63,923 nt of DNA, filler included, from Octopus bimaculoides (GCF_001194135.2; 4 parts of 4 records of this genome joined end to end with filler, not necessarily neighbours in it), one strand, 5' to 3'. Positions 11,780-24,665 are shown, numbered from the whole stretch's first letter. Numbers and translations: made by a program. Notes: generated by a model from the letters alone, not told the origin.

Positions 11780-12780
11780 TAAAACAAATACACAGTCATA
11801 TGTTTTATAATGTTTCCATAGCATTTCTATCTTTACGTGATTAGGTTCAGCGTACTTAGATGAATAGACTATGAGTGGTCTCCTTTAATTATTCCTCTTA
11901 CTAGAGAGGCAAAACTTATTTATATTATATTTCTCGTGATATATTATTGATATTTTCCATGTTGACATGATGTCATTCATATACTATCTTCATGTCCGTT
12001 GTATATTATTTATACTAAGTATTTGAAGTATGTAAGTGTACGATGCATTGTTGAAGATACGTCACTGAGAAATCCATCCTACGCTTGTTTATTTATTAAC
12101 CGTTGACTTCAATAACTGCATGGTTAACCAATAGCTGTCATAATATCCATTCCAGCTCTTCCTTCCAACAACCTTTCTGCTCATCTGGTGTATTTCGTTC
12201 GTGGAATGAATATTGTTTTCTACTCTATTAAATAGCCGGCTCTTAATTCTGAACTCTTTAGTATTCCATTTAAGGGTGTTGCTAAGAGCTTAACCAGAAA
12301 TTGAATTATATTGATTTTGGGAACTTTCCAGCCTTCTCTATTGCGTTGGTCAATTCTTCGCTCGTTATACTGAGCCATGCGTGTAATGGTATTGTTTTTC
12401 CAATCTACTTTACTATACATTTTACGTCTTTATTATAATAAAGTTTTGGCTCCATACGCTCTCTCGGAATGTCTGGGTTTCTTTCACTTTTAATATAACT
12501 CCAACGTTGATGTCGATTTATTTCTAATACTTGCTATTGTTTGTGGAACAGATTCTATTTCTTAAGCCATCACATTTACCATGCCGTGGCTTGGATTATT
12601 TGTTCTTTATTTTTTTCTATTTCCATATCTCACTGTTGTCTTTCGTTTATATTCTTTATAAAAGCAGTTGTTAACATTTCTCAATCACTCAGTATGGAGC
12701 GATTATTCTATTTTGTTAATTTACTTTTGAATATTTTTGATTTATTACCGTGTTTTTGATAACAAAAGGTCGATAAAATC
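11780..12780 (-). mobile_element. Heavily decayed R4/Dong-like RT fragment
   Basis: Frame-broken pieces EELTNAIEK, TIFIPRTKYT and QKGCWKEELEWIL*QLLVNHAVIE resemble R4 RT motifs (QKGC..GSYGCKDQLLINKAV). Confidence 0.55.
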
Positions 12781-13164
12781 AATACTATCTAGAAAACAAA
12801 TCGCTGGCCTGATGCCAACATAAGAAATCTTTAGGATTTTTAGGATTATTGTTGCGACCTGTGTACATTTCAAAGTGTGGTGAACGCTATATTGTAGCGA
12901 CAAGCAAAAATCCGGTGATCAAGTGAAGCCAAGTAACTGAAGACACTGATCACACACATTATATATAACCAAAATGATATAGTTGATATTACTGGCAAGT
13001 ACTATCAACTATCTAGAAAATCTTACATCATTAACTATGCAAATTATGCAGTTAGATGATCATCGGTATTCTCTATAATACACCTTTCAATCTGTGTGAT
13101 GAAAATTACAGATTCTTAATGAGAAGTTATATAATTAAATGGATCTTCGACCCAAGATAGGAAT

Positions 13165-13362
13165 ATTGTGCTTTCGATTTCTGGACCGATTGATGCGTTG
13201 CGTTCTTGAGCAAATCACTTCATTTCACTTTGCTCCAGTCCACTCAGCTGGCAAAAATGAATATTCATATGACAGGCAGGCGTCCCTCCCGTCTATTGGA
13301 AAATACATACGCAACAGAAACCGGTAAACCGGTCACATGAGTCTACATGACTTGGGAAGGAC
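13165..13362 (+). mobile_element. SINE with CORE/Meta-like central domain, partial
   Basis: gcgttcttgagcaaatcacttcatttcactttgctccagtccactcagctggcaaaaatga..cagaaaccggtaaaccgg; related in reverse to 24480-24665. Confidence 0.65.
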
Positions 13363-13501
13363 CTTTTTTTGCATAATTAAGGTTATATTTTTTTATATTT
13401 AGCACACAAGCTCCATTAACGTATGCATAGATAAGCAGCAACCTGCATGCATATTTTGTACTTATACATCCAGACAAATCTGACCGTACATACAAACATT
13501 G

Positions 13502-13565
<64 letters not shown>

Positions 13566-13946
13566 CATATATAAACTTAGTTTAAATACGCTCAGTAACA
13601 AAAAAGTGAATGTACTTACTGCTATATAAGTGCTGGCGCAACTGATATTGGTTCCAAAATTCATATAATCAGGTTTCTTCTTGTAAATATAGAAAAGAAA
13701 AAGAAAAGATCACTTCTTTAATTAAATTTGTCTGGAACCTCAAATAGCGGAATGTTAGGATATCAAACGTTTTGTAAAAAGTAGTGCACTATTGTATAAC
13801 GAGGAGGTGGGGAGGAGAACTAAAATGCAACATATTTTCTCGAGGAGATGTTGCTTATTACATTAAAATATATCATCTATATTAATAAAAGCGGAATTCT
13901 ATATATTCGTCTGGGACTCTGCATCTCAGACTACATAGACATATAC

Positions 13947-14081
13947 CTTTTTGGCATCAGGATGATCTCAGAATTGAAAATGTATCTTTCAGTTGGTTTT
14001 TGAATATACATCATTGGGATCTGATTTAAAAGAATTTGGGTTCATATTTCTAGCAGGTAAAGCTTGGCTGATTGACGCCAT
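13947..14081 (-). CDS. Candidate first coding exon, unidentified, with conflicting frames
   Basis: aaaATGgcg at 14081 opens a 30-codon ORF. An ATG at 14014 opens MMYIQKPTERYIFNSEIILMPK, which runs to an AAG|gtatat donor at 13946. Confidence 0.4.
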
Positions 14082-14608
14082 TTTCCTTGACTTTTGTCAA
14101 GGAACGTCAGAGGTCAAGGGGGAGGTAAATGACATTCGCTTCATTTCTTTTACATCGAGATAAGAATTTTGGGTCACATAGTCCAACTACGGAGATTTAA
14201 CTTGGGACTGGAACATTAGAATGATTGCATTACAAAATTAATTCTCAACTGTTATGAACCTCTTATCAAACACTACCGTGGCATCATGCTATTTAGCTCT
14301 CTTTGGTTTTGGGCTGCAGGTCCAACTAGCCCACCGCAGGAGCCAGCTCAGAAGTCCGAACGGAGTGTGGCTTTTAAGCTAGTATTAAGTAAAAGAAGTG
14401 AATTAATGTTAAGAATCAATGTTAAGTTGTATACATTTACTCAGAATACTCTTTGAAACATTCCCAAATAAATGGAATACTGATTAGTGTAACCTAATAT
14501 AGCAAGTCGTGGCTGCTTTTCTCGGTCTGGTGTATTTAATATATTTAACATTGTATTATTTAGTAGATACACTACTGTTTTATCTAATTATTTTAGTTAT
14601 CTTAATTT

Positions 14609-14609
<1 letters not shown>

Positions 14610-14689
<80 letters not shown>

Positions 14690-14735
14690 TATTATTATTA
14701 TTATTACTATTATTACTAATATAATAATAATATTG
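14610..14735. repeat. (AAT)n microsatellite
   Basis: Read directly. Confidence 0.95.
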
Positions 14736-15333
14736 CAGTTGTTATTGTTGTTATTATTGTAATCATTTTAAATACTGTATTTAGATTAATTATAATATTT
14801 AACTTTTTAAAAATTTATTAATTATAAATCTGTTCCAAAATTAATTTTTTAAACTTTATTTTGTATCTGAATTTATCTTAATTATTTTTATATTAGAGTT
14901 CATACTGATCAAATGACATTTCAATGGTAGTCTAAATATTTATCTATTGAAGAACTTGGCTCTCTACATACCTTATCTGCGTTTTTGAATTGGTCAGTAA
15001 TCGTAGAAGATAGTAGAAATTTTTCCATTAACATTCATCAAGTTGACGGGTGGGACTGGGAAAAGACTAAGTATTACATTAGAATTCTAGCTTGAACTGA
15101 TAAACACAATTCTCAAGTAGGTCTGCTGAATCTCTAACAGCCTTAACACTGGTCAGATATTGTTAGTTTTACTCCAAGTGGTGACATATCACTCTGATGA
15201 TGATAGATCGGGGTTTCTCTATCATTAGTTATAGAATTGTAAAAATTTGGCACTGCTTTTGTCAGAAAATACACACGATAGTTTGTTTATAAAAAAAACT
15301 ATACTACGAAATTATAATCAAGCAGAAAGGAGT

Positions 15334-15579
15334 TGGTGTGAATGGTAGCACACTGCTCGGCGAAAACACAGAGCTGTAGGTTCGAATTTCTACGCGTACG
15401 GAAAAACCCACTTTTTTTTTCTGACGAGAACTTATGTTCCCTAATATTAGATTATTTTCTTTAGTCAATACACAATGATCACTTATAAGCTTTAAGCTTA
15501 TAAAATATTATTATTTTTATTATTGACAGAATTGTAAATATTCGGCACTGCTTTTCAAAAACATCAGAGAAAATACACA
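15334..15579 (+). mobile_element. tRNA-derived SINE-like repeat, family E
   Basis: tggtgtgaatggtagcac (A box) and ggttcgaatttc (B box). Inverse homolog of 6125-6327; its tail is also duplicated at 15233-15273. Confidence 0.7.
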
Positions 15580-15779
15580 TGCGCGCGCGCGCAAGCACAC
15601 ACATATTCTGTTGTGTCTGGGGAGAGTCATTCTCATTTAGTGAGTTATAACTTACTACACTCACCAGTAAAATTTCCACTCATTTACTTATTCATCTTTC
15701 TAAAATTTTCGTTGCGCCTTGCAACCATTTCAATAGTTATTGACTCTGTCCGTTATTGAAGGTGCGTTCTTTTTGTTTG

Positions 15780-15823
15780 TGCGCATGTGTGTGGCTCAGT
15801 GTGTGTGTGCATACACGTGTATG

Positions 15824-15857
<34 letters not shown>

Positions 15858-16190
15858 TGTATGTATGTATGTATGTATATATAAATGTATGTATGTATAT
15901 ATGTATGTATGTATGTAGGTAGGTATGTATGTATGCATTCATGTGTGTGTATGCATGTATGTGTGTGCGTGTGTATGTATATATGTATGCATGTGCGTAC
16001 GTTTGTATGTAGTATTCTGCTTACATATTCATGTATTTCTGTGCTTTTATGCACGCGTGTGTGTGTGTATGTGTGTTGGTTTGCATGGGTGTGTGTGTAC
16101 CTCTGTGTCCTTGTGTGTGCATGTCTGAGTGTGTCTTTGTTTGTGTATGGGTTCTTGCAATATATATATATACGTACATATATATATACA
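15780..16190. repeat. Degenerate (TG)n/(TATG)n microsatellite field
   Basis: Read directly; source of the cluster of spurious ORFs 15737-16258. Confidence 0.95.
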
Positions 16191-16490
16191 TTATTAAAAT
16201 AGTTAGACACAATTTAAAACCAAAAGACACATATGCAAACGCCACTAAAAGTGACTAACGGTGCAAGTCAGCACAAGTATTGCTAGAAATAAGAGCCAAA
16301 ACAACTCTTAGCCACTAATAGAGCATTTTCTGTTCAACAGAGCACTATCAATAGACTGACAAGGGAGAAAACTCTCCACAGCAAGCAAAGCGCCAGATCT
16401 GCCGGCCAATTTCGAATCCTCATCGGCTACGCTACTCCATTGCCTAGTGTTAAGCTAACCCCACTTGTCAGTTTATGGAAAATACCATAG
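16191..16490. mobile_element. Truncated copy of the foldback element at 16527-16962, in opposite orientation
   Basis: One roughly 190-bp arm, then the reverse complement of the second copy's spacer (ctccacagcaagc..ttcgaat), then the start of the other arm. Confidence 0.7.
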
Positions 16491-16526
16491 GAGTCAGTGG
16501 CTGATTCCGTATGATGGTAAAGCGAA

Positions 16527-16962
16527 AATTATAAATTATTAAAGTGGTTAGACTCAATTTAAAACCAAAAGGCACTAATATAATCGTCACTGGAAGTGAC
16601 GAAGGGTGCACCTCAGCCTCAGCATTGCTAGAAATAAGAGTCAAAACAACACTTAGCCACGAAGAGAACGTTTTTTGTCCAATAGAGTACTATCTATAGA
16701 CTGACAAGGAAGACATCCCCCTATCAATTCGAATTCGGCGGGCCGCTCTGGTGCACTCGCTTGCTGTGGGGAGGGTGTCTATCTTGTCAGAGTATGGATA
16801 GTACTCTGTTGAATAGAAAACGCTCTGTTCGTGTCTAAGTGTTGTTTTGACTTTTAATTCTAGCAATGCTGGGGCTGACGTTCACCCTTCTTCACTTAGT
16901 AACGATTGCATTTGCGTCTTTTGGCTTTAAATTGCATGTAGCCACTTTAATCATTTATAATT
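16527..16962. mobile_element. Foldback MITE with roughly 190-bp imperfect inverted arms
   Basis: aattataaattattaaagtggtt..gcattgctagaaataagagtcaaaacaacacttagc..ctgacaag is mirrored by cttgtcag..ctaagtgttgttttgacttttaattctagcaatgc..ccactttaatcatttataatt. Confidence 0.85.
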
Positions 16963-17554
16963 ATTAAAGTATTCTACAGAAAACAAAGGAATTCTGGAAC
17001 GCAGGAGCGCCGTGATGACAGCTTAGTCAATCGGGAAAATACCCTTTATAATTTGTTTTACAAAATGTTCTCAGACATACATACATACATGCATACATAA
17101 TACATACATACACACACACACATATGTATATATATATGTGTGTGTGTATATATATATANNNNNNNNNNNNNNNNNNNNNNNNNNNNNNNNNNNNNNNNNN
17201 NNNNNNNNNNNNNNNNNNNNNNNNNNNNNNNNNNNNNNNNNNNNNNNNNNNNNNNNNNNNNNNNNNNNNNNNNNNNNNNNNNNNNNNNNNNNNNNNNNNN
17301 NNNNNNNNNNNNNNNNNNNNNNNNNNNNNNNNNNNNNNNNNNNNNNNNNNNNNNNNNNNNNNNNNNNNNNNNNNNNNNNNNNNNNNNNNNNNNNNNNNNN
17401 NNNNNNNNNNNNNNNNNNNNNNNNNNNNNNNNNNNNNNNNNNNNNNNNNNNNNNNNNNNNNNNNNNNNNNNNNNNNNNNNNNNNNNNNNNNNNNNNNNNN
17501 NNNNNNNNNNNNNNNNNNNNNNNNNNNNNNNNNNNNNNNNNNNNNNNNNNNNNN

Positions 17555-17597
<43 letters not shown>

Positions 17598-18548
17598 TAA
17601 AGGGCAGTTGGATACACAAAAGCCAAGGTGTGGTGGTGGAGAATACGGATATATACTCATTGTCAAAGACGGTGAAGGTGAGTGAAGCATTTATAGAGAT
17701 GGTAAGGTACTAGAAGTGATTGAGAATAGTTACTGTCAATAAATCACGTGGTGATATAACACAGATAGAGACATACATAGCTTCTGGGAAGTTAGAGGAA
17801 GAAAAAGATCACATCAAACAAACAATATGATTATTTGTAAAGTGAGATAAAATAGAAAAGAGCTAAAAGAAAGAAAGTAATAGAAATAGAAGGAAGAAAC
17901 AGGAAGATTGATATAAAAGATAGGAGAAAAACATAAGCGACAAGAATAGATATAATTTGGATACACGAAAACATGCAGTTATAGAGATACAGAGAAATGT
18001 GCGCTTACACTTGGCTATATGCAAAATATAAATATAATATGTATAAATATATATATATATATATATATATANNNNNNNNNNNNNNNNNNNNNNNNNNNNN
18101 NNNNNNNNNNNNNNNNNNNNNNNNNNNNNNNNNNNNNNNNNNNNNNNNNNNNNNNNNNNNNNNNNNNNNNNNNNNNNNNNNNNNNNNNNNNNNNNNNNNN
18201 NNNNNNNNNNNNNNNNNNNNNNNNNNNNNNNNNNNNNNNNNNNNNNNNNNNNNNNNNNNNNNNNNNNNNNNNNNNNNNNNNNNNNNNNNNNNNNNNNNNN
18301 NNNNNNNNNNNNNNNNNNNNNNNNNNNNNNNNNNNNNNNNNNNNNNNNNNNNNNNNNNNNNNNNNNNNNNNNNNNNNNNNNNNNNNNNNNNNNNNNNNNN
18401 NNNNNNNNNNNNNNNNNNNNNNNNNNNNNNNNNNNNNNNNNNNNNNNNNNNNNNNNNNNNNNNNNNNNNNNNNNNNNNNNNNNNNNNNNNNNNNNNNNNN
18501 NNNNNNNNNNNNNNNNNNNNNNNNNNNNNNNNNNNNNNNNNNNNNNNN

Positions 18549-18613
<65 letters not shown>

Positions 18614-20721
18614 GTTATGAACCTAATTTAATAGAATAAACTTTACAAACAATAAATTTACATTTAAAATACCCTCACACCTGTTATCACATGATACTAG
18701 CCGTATTCTTTAGAGAATTTTAATATGTTACATGTCGTCTGTGTTTCATTATCATAGCAGGTATCACGTAATGTCTAAACAACTCTATTACCGCCTATGA
18801 TTTCAAGCAGAGATTCAGAAAAAGCTATTTAAAGTTTCAATAGCCGAAGGCTGTAGGTCATAGAAAGAAGCATATGTAACGCATGTGCAGACATGATGCT
18901 GTTGGGAATTGTGTGTCAATTGACATTCAAGTCACATATACTTTAGGCTTGGCTTCAGTAATCAGATATTTGGTAACTAGTAAGCTTCTACAAACTTCAA
19001 AGTGACTGATTGAATATTTTTAATGCTAACTATTTTGGGAATTTTTTTAACTAGTAAATTTCTGTCTCGAAAGTTTTGATTACTGCACTACATCGAAAAT
19101 CAGTCTGGTTTTCGTGTTATTTTATTTAATCGATAAAATACTCCAAATCATACTTTGAGTGTTTCTTTACTTGTACATCGAAAGCAATTTATATCGTATT
19201 ATGTGATAATATTTGCTGTTATTGCAAGTTAAACCGTTCAGATGTAAAATACAAGATTGAAGCTTCTCTTAAGATATCAATAACGAAATGTAAAAAGAAA
19301 AGTAATATGTCAAAAACGCAATTTGGTAACTGATATGTTGCTCAACAAAATAGTTGATTATCTAAGGGAAATTTAACTGTTTTTTTCATGCTTATAGCTA
19401 ATGACAAGCATTTCGCTTATTTTTGTCAAAATTTATTTCATGAGAACATTTTGAAATTTCCCATTGCATTTCAGCTATCAGGAAATACATAGATTTTACT
19501 TTCTGCTAGTTTGTAAATATATTCAAAGTTATAGAAACATTATATTTATAATCACGCGGTGTATTATATAATAAAAGATATCTATAAGTAAAAGTTGAAT
19601 AAGTAAATCAAACAAACGGTGACATGTTCATGAGATTAGTGCTCAACTCTACTACAAAATAATTACCGAATTACAGAAAATGACGTCTGAGACCGAAATT
19701 TTGAAATGTATTTGAGAATACGTTTCAGTTGTGAACCGTAAGTAATGGCGAATCTGTGTGATTAATAGATAGAAGTACGTTAACCTCTCTGCTAAGTAAC
19801 AAAAATGATATCACAAAAATGATTTACTACTTATATGCGAATTCTTTTTGCATCAGACATATATTATGCTTAATAGATGACTGTGTAAAACACTTACAAA
19901 TATAATAAATTAGATAATGATATTTCCTGGTAACGATACACTATATTCATACTTTTTAATCATATTCTGAATGAACGCTTACTGAACAGAAATCTGTGGG
20001 TATGAAACGTATAACACAATTTACTAATGGAGATAATTCTTATTGCTATTAATAGAATTCGCCCAAGAATAATGGGCCCTATCTATAAAACGTGTAACCT
20101 ACCATAAGATATGAAGCTTATTGAAGTAGGGTTTCATTTACAAATTTACAATTTCAAGGACATCTTGAATAATACATTTAAGGAAAACCTAGGTTCACTT
20201 TAAACCTAGACATTGTTACCGTTAAACTGAGGTCATCTCATCTATAGTAGGTAAAATTACTGCATCATCTGTCGGTCTGGAATAAACTTTCCTCTTTTTT
20301 TAAAAAAAAAATTAGTTCCGTTTACATTTTTCCCAACATTTATATTGGTTTTTGACAATTTCAGTCCTAATCAAAAATCACTATACTTGCTGAAAGATTT
20401 TCTACACAAATATATATAACTAAAACATATATTAGAACTCTTTGTTGTTACAGAAATATATTTATATAGAACATAGCATAATTCAGATTAACTGAAATAT
20501 GAAGAAGGTAGATAACTCTACTCTAATACATTCGAAAGCTTTAACCACTTTGAGATGGTATAAAAACACCACAAAGCTTTCTTCAGTAAAGGAAAACCGA
20601 ACTCAGAATCTTAATAAGGTGTTCCGAAATAAGTGTTACATTTGAAAGATATTTTAATATTCTTTGACTGAGCCGTGAACTTTTAACTCTAAATTGCTAT
20701 CTGGTATATGTATATATATAC

Positions 20722-20762
<41 letters not shown>

Positions 20763-20946
20763 NNNNNNNNNNNNNNNNNNNNNNNNNNNNNNNNNNNNNN
20801 NNNNNNTTAATTAATTAANNNNNNNNNNNNNNNNNNNNNNNNNNNNNNNNNNNNNNNNNNNNGATATATTCAAAATTCTTTTTCTGGGCTTCAAAGCCTC
20901 GGCAAAGTTCGTGTTTGTTGTGGTGGTGGTGGCTGTAGTGGTGGTA

Positions 20947-21264
20947 TCAAAGGACATTTGTGTCCTTGTTGTTGCTGTTGTTTTTGTTGTTGTTTTCACT
21001 GGTGACGGTGGCAGGCAAGACTGCTGTAGCAGCAGAGTTTTTACACGTGATGGTGGTAGTGATGGTGGTTGAGGCAGCAGCAGTAGATTCAAAATCATTG
21101 CTCTTCTCCACCAGCTGTCTGCGTTCATGCGGAACGGCATTAAGTTCCTTCGCCTCTGGCATTAGAGGCGGGAAATCGGCCTTGTTGTATACCATAGCCA
21201 TATTCGCTTTACAGAATATGGCTAGGAACGAGGAAGATGTTTTTGAATCTTTGGAAATAAGGCT
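20947..21264 (-). CDS. Candidate exon, unidentified, with T/N/A-rich C-terminal half
   Basis: tatttag| acceptor, then 106 codons SLISKDSKTSSSFLAIFCKANMAMVYNKADFPPLMPEAKELNAVPHERRQLVEKSNDFES... GC content is higher than in the flanks. Confidence 0.3.
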   Translation of the reverse strand, partial: SLISKDSKTSSSFLAIFCKANMAMVYNKADFPPLMPEAKELNAVPHERRQLVEKSNDFESTAAASTTITTTITCKNSAATAVLPATVTSENNNKNNSNNKDTNVL

Positions 21265-21577
21265 CTAAATAGAACTATTTCTGATTTGAAAAATATATAT
21301 TCACGAAGTATTTTGTCTTATACACAACTTATACAAAATTTAAAAACAAAACAGGTCTTTTAAGAGGTGAAAAATGCAACTTACATGGGAGCCGATGTGT
21401 CTACCGTCCGTCCATGATGATAGATAGAGATAGGTAGATAGATAGATAGATATAAATATCCACACTACCACACTTGGAACGAACATGTTACGACTCTTTA
21501 TCTCGATTGGAATGTACGTGAAGGTATTTAGAATGCCTAAACCTACTTTTGGAAATGCACCAATGCAGATCATAGTT

Positions 21578-21950
21578 TAATTAATAAGCGTAGGAGCGAG
21601 ATGAATGTAGTAAATATGGGGGAGCGGCAATGGGACCTCATTTAAGCGGCCCTTCAGAAATTGAACACTCTTACGATACTCCCTCAGGGTTTACAGTATG
21701 AAATTCTTTGTCATTGCTCCAATTTGATCGCGAATGCCATGTATTTAGTTTGAAATGCAGTAAAATTAGGGGAATCAGTGGGACCCCATTTAGACGGCCC
21801 TTAAAAAATAGATCCTCTTAGAATATTTCCTGGGATTAGGAAAGTTGCTGGTTTGAGTTTCATTGTGCTTGCACCAACGGTCTAGGAGGAGTTAACGAAC
21901 ATAAAAACGTAACGGACAAAGAAACGTGACTCAAATTTATATTATATTAT
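21578..21950 (+). mobile_element. Non-autonomous repeat, possibly Helitron/Helentron-like
   Basis: Internal direct repeat gggacctcatttaagcggccctt / gggaccccatttagacggccctt. Ends ggtctaggaggagttaacgaaca..tttatattatat, an ending I associate with such elements. Confidence 0.35.
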
Positions 21951-21992
21951 AAGAGACTTGTGTCTCATAACAGCGATGGATCGCCATATGAT

Positions 21993-22025
21993 GTTTCGAC
22001 CTAATTAGGTCTCGTCAGTGATATA
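21993..22025 (-). ncRNA. Hammerhead-ribozyme-like core
   Basis: Minus strand reads CTGACGA-GACC-TAATTA-GGTC-GAAAC. Stem III and the cleavage triplet are not cleanly resolved. Confidence 0.55.
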
Positions 22026-23635
22026 TAGCCCAAATATTTCCGAGCCAAGCCGCGCATACTAGTTCTAATTGTTGACTATCATTTCAACCACTTCGTGGTT
22101 TTAACCATTTTTATTCTATAAATTAGTACATCTTAGCGTTGTTGAGACACCACCAAATACCTCAAATGCACGTGGTAGAATTCGATGTTAACGAAATATG
22201 TACTTAGAATATAAAGAGGATAAGAGAATACAAAAGCTATTTCCATTGCCATTTTATTGTCTCTTTTATTCTACTGTCTTTGATGATAATAATGATGATA
22301 AACATGATGATGATAATCATGATGATGATGATCATAATAATTTTTGCGTTCGCAAAACGGGAAAAATTTACATATATAGCTCATATGCATTCCATGATTT
22401 CCTCATATCTATTACATGTTAATGGAAGTTGCTACTCTGATGTATATTCAACATCAAAAATACTCACAAATACACTTCGTCACAATAAACTATAACTCAT
22501 ATCCACAATACTGATTCTTTGTTTTTTTTCTTTATTTTTTCTTTATCATAATATAATGGTGCCCTTTATGAAATAATCAGTAATTCCTACCTCTCTCTCT
22601 CAATGTATACTACTCTTACTACACCACCTCATTATCACTGCGACTGTAACTTCGTCTTCTTTACTTTCGCCTCTCCAGCGAATATTTTCTCTCTCTTCCT
22701 CTCTCTATTACAACGACAGCTGCTTGTAATGTGGATGTTGTTTCTATTAGCAGTAACACACTTTCTGCTTACATAATGAGGAATAATGTGTCCTCAACTA
22801 TATAACCATACACCATAACGAGTCTAAGAATATATAGAGATACATAGACACATGTATGTATGTATTATGTATGTATGTATGTATGTATCTATCTATCTAT
22901 CTATCTATATAATATATATATATGTATATATATATTCACACACACAGAGACAAACACATGCACATATGTATGTAATCATATATATGTTGTGTCTTGCGAG
23001 AGTCATTAAGCCAATGAAAACTAAACAAACACACGCATTGATTCAATACCACTTCTTTATTTTACCGTGGAGGTAATGCATTATATAATGAAGTGGAGAT
23101 GTCGGATGGTATTTACCAATTTTTAGCTAGCAAACCATAATGCCTTTCAATGTCTTGCTACCTTCGCTACAACTTATTTTACTTCGCTTTTGTATTTGGT
23201 CTGTAATATTCTCGATGTGATTTGGTGTACCGAAAGAAATCTTGTTGTGTCTAGGGAAGTAATATTTATATATATATNNNNNNNNNNNNNNNNNNNNNNN
23301 NNNNNNNNNNNNNNNNNNNNNNNNNNNNNNNNNNNNNNNNNNNNNNNNNNNNNNNNNNNNNNNNNNNNNNNNNNNNNNNNNNNNNNNNNNNNNNNNNNNN
23401 NNNNNNNNNNNNNNNNNNNNNNNNNNNNNNNNNNNNNNNNNNNNNNNNNNNNNNNNNTTAAGTGTATCGCGAAAGGCTTTGCGGATTCTTGAGGTTTCCG
23501 AGTTCTTTTACGGGCCTTAGAAAAACTGAAGGACTGCTGCAATAGCAGTGTGTGTCTGAGAGGGGAATATGTTGAATAAAATAATAATTACCTGATCCTC
23601 CTGTATTTTATTTTACCTAAAGCCTCAACATGTTC

Positions 23636-23912
23636 GCCTTCACCATGTCTAAGAGATGATAGTCCAGTGACGAGGAAGTGAAAACTGTAGTGAAGAAGTG
23701 GCTCAAAGAACAGTCAACAGAATTTTACGAGCCAGGATACATGCTCTCAATCGAAGGTGGAACATTGCTATTGAGAAAAATGGTGACTATGTTGAGGAGT
23801 AGGGATGCAATCCACAGAGGACCAGCTTCATTTTCATGTATGATACATGTTCCTGTGTTAGTAATTATACATGTTCTAATCAAAATGGCATTACTTTTTG
23901 ACTCACCTTAGT
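23636..23912 (+). mobile_element. 3' fragment of a mariner transposon
   Basis: SSDEEVKTVVKKWLKEQSTEFYE..IHAL..RWNIAIEKNGDYVEE* across frameshifts. TIR-like end ttactttttgactcaccttag|ta. Confidence 0.85.
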
Positions 23913-24479
23913 ATATATTAAGATGTATGCGTGTACATATAATTGTGTACGGAGACAAAAATAGTTTATTAAATATCAATAATCATCAATCATCAATACA
24001 AATAATTCTGATTGCTAGTCACGCCAAAATTGTTCTGCTACTTAATATGGAATTAATCAATATATCACATCTGCAATTAAAAGTTAGTTAAACAGCGTTA
24101 TTGTTATTGATAACATATATCTATTGTAAATATTACATATCAAATATTTGTGTGTCTAATTATATTTTAATTCAATAAATATATTTTGATAATTAATAAT
24201 CATTTAATTATTTTGTACAAAGATCGTCAATTTGGAAAACAACGTAAAATAGTAATTATTGTTAATACCAGACAGTACCTGATATCATCCAGCCTCGTAA
24301 AAGTATATTTTCAATATTGCTCAAAGTATGAATGGTAACACAGTCGCATTTATATATTTCAGTTTTCGATGACCCGGTCAGTTAGCTGAACTATTAAAAT
24401 TTTGGGCATAGTTCTTAGCCAACATTATTCCGAAAATAGCATACGGCCAGTTTCCTTATTTCCTTGTACTGTATAGTCC

Positions 24480-24665
24480 TCCCTTGACGGGACGCCGGTC
24501 TGTCGCAGGTTTACTCATTTTTGTCCCCTAAGTAGACAGGAGCCACGTGTAATGAAGTGTTTTGCTCAAGAACACAACATATCACTTGGTTTAAGCACCG
24601 AAACTAGAATCTTAAGATCATGAGTCTATGTGCCTCCAATTTTCAACCACTAAGCCATGCGTTTC
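24480..24665 (-). mobile_element. SINE, degenerate (same group as 13165-13362)
   Basis: gggacgccggtctgtcgcagg..aatgaagtgttttgctcaagaacacaac..ccactaagccatgcg (reversed tRNA-like head). Confidence 0.6.

Noticed and set aside
13027-13091. Minus-strand segment with an acceptor and a gtaaga donor as the next coding exon after 13947
   Set aside because: It has stops in all three frames.
15421-15445. CTGACGA-GAAC-TTAT-GTTC as a hammerhead
   Set aside because: No GAAA follows the stem, and the paralogous copy near 6230-6250 lacks the motif.
20807-20818. TTAATTAATTAA isolated inside N runs (also 43149-43160 and 62843-62854)
   Set aside because: An identical 12-mer with stops in all six frames, centred in gaps. 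It is an assembly spacer, not biology.
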